From: a virus
IMG/VR virus record: IMGVR_UViG_3300045988_081371
Coordinates: 1 to 39,912 of that record
Length of the DNA stretch: 39,912 bases
Direction: 5' to 3' (one strand)
Position 1 is the first letter of the stretch; the number at the start of each line of letters is the position of its first letter. The notes under the pieces are model-generated. The model was not told the origin of the DNA, ran no database searches, and worked only from the letters and a program-made list of their open reading frames with translations. Of this stretch, positions 25,161 through 31,885 are shown piece after piece. A program made the translations under genes and the position numbers.

Positions 25161-25609
25161 GCTATCACAACCTTTTGCAGCAGTACGGCCACGAACAGCC
25201 GCAGGCAGAAACCCGCGTTTATATTTTTGCGCAAGCTCCCGCGAAGCTCTCCACGCCGTCAGAGGTGGCGTACAGAGACGCAGAAGCGGCGCGTATGATT
25301 AAGCGGCTGGAATCACTTGTTGACGATCTAAAGGACTATAGGCAGGCACTGGCGGCGCGATACGCGGAACTTGAAACGTTGCCGTATTGTTACGCCCTTA
25401 AGCTTGAGCGCGTCCCACACTGGAAAGGACATATTGAGTATATCATCACCATCAAAAAGACGCTTAGCGACGGCACAGGAACCGAGGAGCTGCGCGAGGT
25501 TTACCCCGGCAAAGAGCGCCGTGCAGCTTTTGCCCGATATGATGAGCTTAAACGCCAGCGTCCCGGCATTCCGGCAGAAATGGATATTGCAAAGCGCCCT
25601 TGGGAATAA
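25157..25609 (+). CDS. Hypothetical protein (150 aa)
   Basis: ATGA overlap with the preceding ORF. No motif recognised. Confidence 0.6.
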   Translation: MSYHNLLQQYGHEQPQAETRVYIFAQAPAKLSTPSEVAYRDAEAARMIKRLESLVDDLKDYRQALAARYAELETLPYCYALKLERVPHWKGHIEYIITIKKTLSDGTGTEELREVYPGKERRAAFARYDELKRQRPGIPAEMDIAKRPWE

Positions 25610-25644
25610 ACAACAGCACCCGGAAAAAGCCGGGTGCTGTTGTT
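25609..25644. terminator. Bidirectional terminator hairpin between convergent units
   Basis: Perfect 15-bp arms AACAACAGCACCCGG / CCGGGTGCTGTTGTT with loop AAAAAG, flanked by T-rich sequence on both strands. Confidence 0.75.
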
Positions 25645-25894
25645 ATTTAAGCCGTGTTTGTCTTTTGCTTTTTGCCTTTGCAATCGCCTCCCACTGCTTC
25701 AAAATATCCTCAATTTGCGGTTTGCATGCCGGATTTTTGATTTTTCCGGTGCAAATCCGGTTTATTGTCTGCTTATTCTTTCCGCAGGCTGCGGCAAGAT
25801 CCTCTTGCCGCTTTTTAAGCTTTTTGAGCCGGTGCTTTACCTGCTCACCGTATGTCTTTTTGTGGTATCGCTCGTCCGGATATGCCCGCGACAT
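25643..25894 (-). CDS. Small basic HTH protein (83 aa), last gene of the early operon
   Basis: RQEDLAAACGKNKQTINRICTGK is an HTH-like segment, with K/R-rich ends. SD AAAGGGGG. Confidence 0.55.
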   Translation of the reverse strand: MSRAYPDERYHKKTYGEQVKHRLKKLKKRQEDLAAACGKNKQTINRICTGKIKNPACKPQIEDILKQWEAIAKAKSKRQTRLK

Positions 25895-25895
25895 C

Positions 25896-26222
25896 TTAGC
25901 CCCCTTTTGCCGTTTCTGTCATTCGTGCAAATGCCGACATCCGTTCTTTAAGCCGCGCCAGCTTCTCCCGCCGCCAGCGCATAACATCCGCCCGGCAATT
26001 GTAAAGCATGATCATCTGCTCAAGCATGATTTGCACATCTGCGATTTCTTCGGCCAAATGGTTGTAGTCTCCCTCCAAGCGCAATGTTTTGCAAAGCTCT
26101 TTTTGCAGCTCGGCCATTTCTTCAATTGCCACAATTTTTTGATTTTTATCGCCGTAAACCGCCAGTGCATCCCGCAGGATTTGGCTTTCTGGCATTGCTT
26201 GGACTGATATTTCGATTTTCAA
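25896..26222 (-). CDS. MazG-like nucleotide pyrophosphohydrolase (108 aa)
   Basis: IEEMAELQKELCK...LAEEIADVQIMLEQM matches the EExxE...ExxD helix pair of all-alpha NTP-PPases. TTG start behind AAGGGGG. Confidence 0.6.
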   Translation of the reverse strand: MKIEISVQAMPESQILRDALAVYGDKNQKIVAIEEMAELQKELCKTLRLEGDYNHLAEEIADVQIMLEQMIMLYNCRADVMRWRREKLARLKERMSAFARMTETAKGG

Positions 26223-26725
26223 AATTTGACCCCCTTTATGTATTTGTCAAAATATGTGGCAGCGACCGCCATCGCCGCCCACATATCCGCAGAAAAGCCG
26301 TAGAAGAAGCCGGGATTCTTCTTCGTGCCCTTGCCGAAATTCGGCTGGCCGGGCGCGTAGCGGTCTACAAGTGCCTGCCGAATGTTTGCATCCTTTGCAC
26401 TCAAGCTTCCGCAAAGATGAAGCTTTTCTTCGCGGCGGTAGATTTTTGTCTGATTCGCCGCCTTGCTGTTGTCTATTGCATATTGCCAAAATCGGCCGAT
26501 CCAATAGCAGGTGTCAAACGTTTCTGCGCCTACGGCCATGCCCATTCCGGCAATCATTTCAATTGCCAAATCGTATCCGGTCGGCGTGCTTTTGATCACG
26601 TCCAAAACAATTCGGTTCGGCTCTTTTCCAACTTTCAGAACGCGCCGAATTTCTTCGCCGTCGTGCTCAACTACCACATAGCCAGATTCGATGTTTCCGG
26701 GATCAATAGCCAAGATTGTGCCCAT
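26219..26725 (-). CDS. RuvC-like Holliday junction resolvase (168 aa)
   Basis: N-terminus MGTILAIDPGNIESGYVV has the catalytic Asp in the AIDPG motif. Size and position are typical. SD AAAGGAGGTG. Confidence 0.7.
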   Translation of the reverse strand: MGTILAIDPGNIESGYVVVEHDGEEIRRVLKVGKEPNRIVLDVIKSTPTGYDLAIEMIAGMGMAVGAETFDTCYWIGRFWQYAIDNSKAANQTKIYRREEKLHLCGSLSAKDANIRQALVDRYAPGQPNFGKGTKKNPGFFYGFSADMWAAMAVAATYFDKYIKGVKF

Positions 26726-26939
26726 CAGGCCACCTCCTTTGTTCAAAGTCTTCGCATTCCTCGCCGGAAAAGCACATCCGTTCCAGTTCTTGTTCAGAAA
26801 ACCGTTCCGCCTTGTGTTTCAAGCACCGGTACGGATAAACGTAGTTCTTTCTATACTCCAGATGCTTGCAAGTCAGGCAGCAATCCTGCATCAGCTTTCC
26901 TCCTCCCAAACTACCGCGTGCAAACCGCAGCCCGCTCAT
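26703..26939 (-). CDS. Cys-rich hypothetical protein (78 aa)
   Basis: ATGA overlap with the upstream stop. Contains MQDCCLTCKHLEY...RCLKH... Confidence 0.55.
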   Translation of the reverse strand: MSGLRFARGSLGGGKLMQDCCLTCKHLEYRKNYVYPYRCLKHKAERFSEQELERMCFSGEECEDFEQRRWPDGHNLGY

Positions 26940-27205
26940 TCCGTCACGCCTCCCGTATTTGTCTGATACTCGCCGTAGCTGCAAAAATCCGTTTCCCTCC
27001 GCCAGAAGCCATCATTCGTTCTCAGGCAGACCATAGCGCCGTTCGGTTTGCTATCATAGGAACCGTATTTGCAGTCCTTGCAGCGCACCACCTCCGCAAC
27101 GTCAGCGGCGGGCAGCTTCCTGATTTCTGAAAACGCCGTAGCGTAATCCCCGCATGTCCGTGTCGTGATTTCAAGCGCATCATTGCGCCGGATATAATCA
27201 GTCAT
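26936..27205 (-). CDS. Cys-rich hypothetical protein (89 aa)
   Basis: VVRCKDCKYGSYD...MVCLR...FCSYGE motif. The start overlaps the upstream stop. Confidence 0.6.
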   Translation of the reverse strand: MTDYIRRNDALEITTRTCGDYATAFSEIRKLPAADVAEVVRCKDCKYGSYDSKPNGAMVCLRTNDGFWRRETDFCSYGEYQTNTGGVTE

Positions 27206-27398
27206 ACGCCATATACTCCCTTACGATTCTTCTTTGCATTTCCGGTTTAAAGGCATAAAGCGGCGTGCATCTACTCAGTATCTTTGCTTTCAAAAGCCGC
27301 TCCGCCTGCCTCTTGGTCAGCTGCCGCTCTCGCTTCTTCGGCGGCAGCTCGCCTTTTGCCGCCGCAATGGCGGTTGGGTTGTGCTTATGTTGCCCCAT
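27198..27398 (-). CDS. Small basic hypothetical protein (66 aa)
   Basis: Start moved to MGQHKHNP behind GGAGGTG. Confidence 0.5.
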   Translation of the reverse strand: MGQHKHNPTAIAAAKGELPPKKRERQLTKRQAERLLKAKILSRCTPLYAFKPEMQRRIVREYMAYD

Positions 27399-27618
27399 CG
27401 TACCGCACCTCCACGCCAGCCTCGTCCAGCAGGTCGTCAATATCGGTGTCCACGCTGCTACCAATAAAATCGCCATTTTCGTCGTAGTAGTTGTACTCCG
27501 TGGTCGGTCGGGATTCTATCCCTGCAAACTCTTTTAAAAGTCTCAGATATTCGTCGTTATCAATGAACAGAGCCTGATGGAGTTGTCTCAACTGCGCTTC
27601 GGTTATGTGCTTAGCCAT
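27385..27618 (-). CDS. Acidic hypothetical protein (77 aa)
   Basis: Start moved to MAKHITEAQLRQL. The ATG overlaps the stop of a 21-codon upstream mini-ORF. Confidence 0.5.
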   Translation of the reverse strand: MAKHITEAQLRQLHQALFIDNDEYLRLLKEFAGIESRPTTEYNYYDENGDFIGSSVDTDIDDLLDEAGVEVRYDGAT

Positions 27619-27676
27619 CTTTCTTGCCCTCCATTTCCTGCAGTGCCGCCTCGCGGCTGATGTATTTGTCAGCCAT
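27611..27676 (-). CDS. Possible 21-codon mini-ORF (MADKYISREAALQEMEGKKDG)
   Basis: Strong SD AAAGGAGGTG lies 5 nt upstream of ATG 27676, and the ORF overlaps both neighbours. Hand translated. Confidence 0.25.
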   Translation of the reverse strand: MADKYISREAALQEMEGKKDG

Positions 27677-27920
27677 GATTCACCTCCTTTAGACAAAGTT
27701 CACTCGCTGCCATCGCTCCCGCCCGGATTGCGGATTCCTCCGTTATTTTGCCCTCGTCCATTTTCTTCCGCATCAGCTTCGCGTACATGTTGATTATCAG
27801 CACGTCCTCTACCACACTTGCGTTTGTCTTCCAGCGCGGCTTTACCGTCAGCCCCCAGTTTGCATGGTTCCGGCTCGTGCCGATGGCCATAAGTATCTTT
27901 CTTGCACGTTTTCTGGTCAT
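27669..27920 (-). CDS. Hypothetical protein (83 aa)
   Basis: ATGA overlap with the upstream stop. Begins MTRKRARKILMAIGTSRNHANWG. Confidence 0.55.
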   Translation of the reverse strand: MTRKRARKILMAIGTSRNHANWGLTVKPRWKTNASVVEDVLIINMYAKLMRKKMDEGKITEESAIRAGAMAASELCLKEVNHG

Positions 27921-28459
27921 GCCTTGCCCATTTCTTCCAGCGCCTTTTCGGCCTCCTCGCGGGTTAAAAATACGGTTTTTCCAAATTCCCTTGCGTCCGT
28001 GCCAAAATATGCCTTGCACGGTCCGCCCGCACAGGTATCCTTTTGGCAATGAACCGGCATATCCGGGCACACTGCTGATAATGTTGGCGCAACAAAGTAC
28101 ATCGGCCAGACTTTATCATGCCGCGTTACCCATACCTCCGCGCCCGGCTTGCACGGCAGCACGACGCACCGCCCGTCCTTGTCGGCTTCGGCGAGTTCGC
28201 GGAGGCGGGTATAATTGCAAAAGCTTTCCAAATCTGCAAGGCGCATGAGTTTCAAAGTAATCTCGTCTGCCTTATCTTTCGGCAGGACTTCCTCCGGCTC
28301 ACATCCGCTGTCCTCGTAGGCCGCAAGTCGCTCACACACCGCTGTTTCAAACGGGCAATCCTTGATTTTGCACCCGCTGCCGTAGCACGGTCCTTTGAAG
28401 CAGCGCGGATAATAGGCATGACGGGTTTGTTCGTCATTCCATTCAGTCAGTCGTTCCAT
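27917..28459 (-). CDS. Cys-rich hypothetical protein (180 aa)
   Basis: SD GGGAGGAA. Contains CFKGPCYGSGCKIKDCPF and the RLAAYEDSG motif common in Firmicutes phage early proteins (from memory). Confidence 0.65.
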   Translation of the reverse strand: MERLTEWNDEQTRHAYYPRCFKGPCYGSGCKIKDCPFETAVCERLAAYEDSGCEPEEVLPKDKADEITLKLMRLADLESFCNYTRLRELAEADKDGRCVVLPCKPGAEVWVTRHDKVWPMYFVAPTLSAVCPDMPVHCQKDTCAGGPCKAYFGTDAREFGKTVFLTREEAEKALEEMGKA

Positions 28460-28471
28460 AGCTCTTCCTCC

Positions 28472-28828
28472 CTATTCAATCCAAAACGTCGCAACCGGAA
28501 CAAGCTCTTCATACCATTGCTGGAAATCATTCCAATCGTTAAGAATGTTCCGGAAAAATTGTGCTGTCCCTTTTACCGTTCCCCACCCGTTCGGTGCTTC
28601 GTATTCTTTGAAAGAATCTGGGTTCTGCTCCAACGTTCTCAAGCCAGCCTCGATTTTCGGAATTACGTCCACGCAAAGCCCGTTGTTCTGGCAGTTCCTC
28701 CATTCCAGCCCCGTCGACTTCTCTATAATTTTCCGGACGTTCCACGTTATATTTGCGTCGCACGTACCAACTGGGACGTAGGCATCAACCCCTTCGGCTT
28801 TGACCTTGAACGAAATATTGTAGCTCAT
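28472..28828 (-). CDS. Hypothetical protein (118 aa)
   Basis: ATGA overlap with the upstream gene. No motif recognised. Confidence 0.6.
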   Translation of the reverse strand: MSYNISFKVKAEGVDAYVPVGTCDANITWNVRKIIEKSTGLEWRNCQNNGLCVDVIPKIEAGLRTLEQNPDSFKEYEAPNGWGTVKGTAQFFRNILNDWNDFQQWYEELVPVATFWIE

Positions 28829-29328
28829 GCCTTGCCTCCTTCCTTCGGCGCTTCCGGCAGCGGCATCCAGTGGGTAACTACGCAGTCTACCGGATTGTTG
28901 TATACATCATCGGGATTAAACTGCCGGTTCTCCCACCATCCCTCCGGGATGTAGTAATCATCCGCCTCCTCGTCGTACAGGCCATAGCAGTAGATGTCGC
29001 TCCAGTTCCACGCACTGTCCTGCGTCAGCATCTTCCCGTCCTCGTAGATAGCCGGTATCACGAAAATGTATCCGTTTCGATTGCAAACGGCCAAAACATC
29101 TGTCTCGGGCTCCGGCAGCCGCTCCGCCACCGGAATCCACCTCTGTTTCTCCCGCAGCACCACATTCTCGGCGGTCAGGCGCTCGATGAGGTCAGCAGCT
29201 TCCGACATCACTGCCGTCAAGCAATATTCACCCTCCGATCTGCTTGCTGGGCAATTTTCACAGTCCCCGCCATCGTCTGGGTCCATGACGCACGTCCGCA
29301 GCGCCTGTACGATTTCCTTTTCCGTCAT
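28825..29328 (-). CDS. DUF551-like protein (167 aa)
   Basis: The C-terminal half WIPVAERLPEPETDVLAV...VVTHWMPLPEAP matches the DUF551 pattern as I remember it. ATGA overlap with the radical-SAM stop. Confidence 0.6.
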   Translation of the reverse strand: MTEKEIVQALRTCVMDPDDGGDCENCPASRSEGEYCLTAVMSEAADLIERLTAENVVLREKQRWIPVAERLPEPETDVLAVCNRNGYIFVIPAIYEDGKMLTQDSAWNWSDIYCYGLYDEEADDYYIPEGWWENRQFNPDDVYNNPVDCVVTHWMPLPEAPKEGGKA

Positions 29329-30194
29329 GTCGTCTCCCTCCAAAATTCGTTGAACTTCTTTCCTGTAATAATCGGGCGGCACCATTCGCGCTGGAATCGC
29401 CTCCACTCCGGATCGTACTTTCCATCCTCGTCCCGAAACAGCATGGCATACGGCACAAATCCTGCCTGCATGGTCTGCATCAAGCGCGTTTCTGCATCCT
29501 CAAAGCTATCTCCGTCGTAGCCGCACAGCACATAGCAGCACATGGTGTGGCTTGCCGGTCGAAATCCTGCCAATCGCAGTTTCTTGCCCATATCCACCAG
29601 CGGTTCCAGATCGTCACGAGTGTCATATGCCGTGTATAGCCTCGCCGGTTTTACTTCATGCAAAAGATCCGCCTGCCACTGTTGAAGCAGTGCCGGCTCT
29701 AATCCACCCGTAAAAACCGGTCTGTGTGGTTGTCTCTTGAGCATCTCACAGACTGCCCGAAAATGCGCTTCTGACGTTCCAAGAATGTTATCATCAAGGA
29801 TGTTCCAACCGTCCACAATCGGAAGCTCCTGAATTACGCCATGTGCGCAGCGCGGAACAGAGCAGAACCAGCATTCTTTCGTGCAACCGCGAGAAGTGAA
29901 GATCATGCCATCTCTCAGATACATTCCCGGCACAAAATCGCCCATGCGGTCATCGAACGCTGGGCCGCCGACCTCTACCGGTACACCGAGAATCTGCCAT
30001 GCGTCGTACAGCTCCTCCGCACGTTCCAAATCCCATGTAAAGGTCACGGAAATATGCACCGCCTCAACGCCTGCTTTGATGCAGTCTGCAATGTTCTCGA
30101 TCGTCGGCTCTCTGAAGAACGCCAGAGCATCAGTCGGCGAAGCGTTTGTCTTTCGCGGAAAAACACGGGCAATCGTGGTTTGTTCTAAGTCCAT
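29325..30194 (-). CDS. Radical SAM enzyme (289 aa) with a short N-terminal Rossmann-like (B12-binding-domain-like) region
   Basis: CxxxCxxC in FTSRGCTKECWFCSVP, a GGE-like VFTGGLEPALL about 55 residues later, and a further Cys cluster MCCYVLCGYDG. Start at MDLEQTT behind GAGGA. Confidence 0.75.
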   Translation of the reverse strand: MDLEQTTIARVFPRKTNASPTDALAFFREPTIENIADCIKAGVEAVHISVTFTWDLERAEELYDAWQILGVPVEVGGPAFDDRMGDFVPGMYLRDGMIFTSRGCTKECWFCSVPRCAHGVIQELPIVDGWNILDDNILGTSEAHFRAVCEMLKRQPHRPVFTGGLEPALLQQWQADLLHEVKPARLYTAYDTRDDLEPLVDMGKKLRLAGFRPASHTMCCYVLCGYDGDSFEDAETRLMQTMQAGFVPYAMLFRDEDGKYDPEWRRFQREWCRPIITGKKFNEFWRETT

Positions 30195-30237
30195 TGCCGT
30201 CCTCACTCCCGCAGCGCCTTTACAATTTCCTCACTTG

Positions 30238-30480
30238 TCATTTCCGTTTCCCCCTTTGCCTTTCTCGCTGCACGTGCCGCAGCGCCCTTTTTAGCCCCGC
30301 TGTTGGCATATAGCGATTTTCGTTTTCTGCGGCCATCCGTTTCCTTTCTGCGTATTCCGCTGTTTTTTCAGCTTCGTATTCCTTGTAGGCCGTACACGCT
30401 TTTCTGCATTCTGCGCTTCTTTTGGCGCAGTCCTTTTTACATGGGCAGCGCTCATCGAAGCGATCTGGTAATCTGCTCAT
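30238..30480 (-). CDS. Cys-rich basic protein (80 aa)
   Basis: DERCPCKKDCAKRSAECRKACTAYKEYEAEK followed by a K/R-rich tail. SD AAAGGAGG. Confidence 0.6.
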   Translation of the reverse strand: MSRLPDRFDERCPCKKDCAKRSAECRKACTAYKEYEAEKTAEYAERKRMAAENENRYMPTAGLKRALRHVQRERQRGKRK

Positions 30481-30653
30481 TTTCGCCTCCTTTTGGCAAG
30501 CAGCCGCCGGAATGGCTCACAGGTAGCTTCCCAGCTCTTGCAAAAAGCTTCCGCGCTTGATTCGCACTGTGCTTTTTTGTGCCCATACCCGCTGCATTTC
30601 CCAGCTTTCAAATCCTCACACTGCTGGCAAAAGCTTGTGCTCCATGTTTTCAC
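30477..30653 (-). CDS. Cys-rich small protein (58 aa, VKTWSTSFCQQCEDLKAGKCSGYGHKKAQCESSAEAFCKSWEATCEPFRRLLAKRRRK)
   Basis: GTGA start overlap with the upstream stop and ATGA overlap with the downstream start. SD GGGGAGA. Hand translated and below the ORF-track cutoff. Confidence 0.5.
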   Translation of the reverse strand: MKTWSTSFCQQCEDLKAGKCSGYGHKKAQCESSAEAFCKSWEATCEPFRRLLAKRRRK

Positions 30654-31411
30654 GTTTCATCTCCCCATCCGCCTTTCGGCGTTTCCTGCATCATGCGTTC
30701 CATGGCGCGGCGCTCAAATTCTCCGGGCGCGTCTCCGTGCTGGACAATCCGCTGCTGCGGGATTTGCCGCTGTCCGCCCTTTAGCCGATCAAATACAATT
30801 CCCTGATAGCCGCTTGCCATGCTGGTACGTATTACTTCAGCAACAGCCGATTCGCCGTATTTTTCCGCATTGTTTCGGATTTGAGATACAAGATTCCGTA
30901 GTCCCTCTTCCTTGTAGCTCTGCCGCTTTTCCTGCTTATATTTCAGCCATGACGTAACAGCTGAAAGTAATTCTCCGGAAAATGTCTCTTCCAAAAAAGA
31001 AGCAGGAATATTTCCATTTCCATTTCCATTTCCTAAAGGTAATACCACGGTATTACCATCTGGCATACCATCCGGTATACCAACACCCATACCACCGGTA
31101 TCCCTTTTCTTATTCCAGCGCTTTTCGATATTTGCTTTCTGCTTCAGACAATGCGCCGCTCTTGCGGCAATCTCCTTGTCCATTCTTACGTTAAAGTACT
31201 TTCCGTCCTCGTCCTGCTGAAACTTACCCATAACCTCGCTGGACGGCGTTTTGACCGCCCGTTTGATCTCCTGTATTGTCAAATGCCCGCGCTCTCTTTG
31301 GAGGCACAGGAGCGTGATATACTGCCCACGCTCCCGCATATCCATTAGAGATACGGCGGAGAGGAAATCCGAAGTGTAGAACAATACAGCTGGGTCTTTC
31401 CCGCCTGCCAT
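30650..31411 (-). CDS. DUF1376-type replication protein (253 aa)
   Basis: The N-terminus PAVLFYTSDFLSAVSLMDMRERGQYITLLCLQRERGHL matches the DUF1376 (YdaU-like) pattern. A low-complexity linker DTGGMGVGIPDGMPDGNTVVLPLGNGNGNGN separates two halves. SD TAAGGAGGTG. Confidence 0.7.
   Translation of the reverse strand: MAGGKDPAVLFYTSDFLSAVSLMDMRERGQYITLLCLQRERGHLTIQEIKRAVKTPSSEVMGKFQQDEDGKYFNVRMDKEIAARAAHCLKQKANIEKRWNKKRDTGGMGVGIPDGMPDGNTVVLPLGNGNGNGNIPASFLEETFSGELLSAVTSWLKYKQEKRQSYKEEGLRNLVSQIRNNAEKYGESAVAEVIRTSMASGYQGIVFDRLKGGQRQIPQQRIVQHGDAPGEFERRAMERMMQETPKGGWGDET
31011..31104. repeat. Iteron-like repeat cluster inside the replication gene (candidate origin)
   Basis: (TTTCCA)3 at 31011-31033, then GGTAATACC (31038), GGTATTACC (31049), GGCATACC (31062), GGTATACC (31074), CCATACC (31087) and GGTATCCC (31097). 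Confidence 0.5.
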
Positions 31412-31423
31412 CTACTCACCTCC

Positions 31424-31885
31424 TTAGAATAGAAGCTCGTCGTTCAGCGCGTCCGCATCCAGCTCCATCTGCGGCATATCCGAGCCTTTAAATGGAACTG
31501 GCGTCGAATCTGGCAGCTGGGAGAATTCTGCGCTCTTCGCCGCCTGCTGGCTCTGGTCGCTCTGCGGCTTGGAATCGCCGAAGTATACGTTTTCCACCAC
31601 AATCTCCGCCGAGCGCCGCTTGTTGCCATCCTTGTCCTGCCAGTTGCGGATCTGCAAACGGCCTGTGACGATCATCATCCGACCCTTTGAAAAGTACTTG
31701 TCGATCATCTCAGCAGTGCCGCGCCATGCGGTGCAGTCGATGAAATCAACCTCTCTTTCCTTGCCCGTTTCGCAATAGTCGCGTTCAACGGCCAGCGTAA
31801 AAGATGTGACCGCAACGCCGCTCTGTGTCCGGCGCAGTTCTGGATCTCTGACCAGACGACCCTGCACCTCAATTCGATTCAGCAC
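31424..31885 (-). CDS. ssb: Single-stranded DNA-binding protein (153 aa)
   Basis: OB-fold N-terminus MLNRIEVQGRLVRDPELRRTQSGVAVTSFTLAV and an acidic tail ending DELLF. GTG start behind GAGG. Confidence 0.9.
   Translation of the reverse strand: MLNRIEVQGRLVRDPELRRTQSGVAVTSFTLAVERDYCETGKEREVDFIDCTAWRGTAEMIDKYFSKGRMMIVTGRLQIRNWQDKDGNKRRSAEIVVENVYFGDSKPQSDQSQQAAKSAEFSQLPDSTPVPFKGSDMPQMELDADALNDELLF

Noticed and set aside
27611-27696. Programmed frameshift joining the 21-codon mini-ORF to the 77-aa ORF
   Set aside because: It would require a +1 shift with no recognisable slippery or hungry-codon context, and the downstream ORF has its own ATG. Simple termination-reinitiation coupling explains the layout.
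29325-30653. RiPP (sactipeptide/ranthipeptide-like) cluster: Cys-rich precursor peptides plus radical-SAM maturase
   Set aside because: I saw no SPASM/twitch-type CxxCxxxxxC auxiliary-cluster motif, no leader/core organisation, and no protease or exporter. Similar Cys-rich small proteins are scattered throughout this early operon. It is retained only as a minor alternative within the radical-SAM finding.
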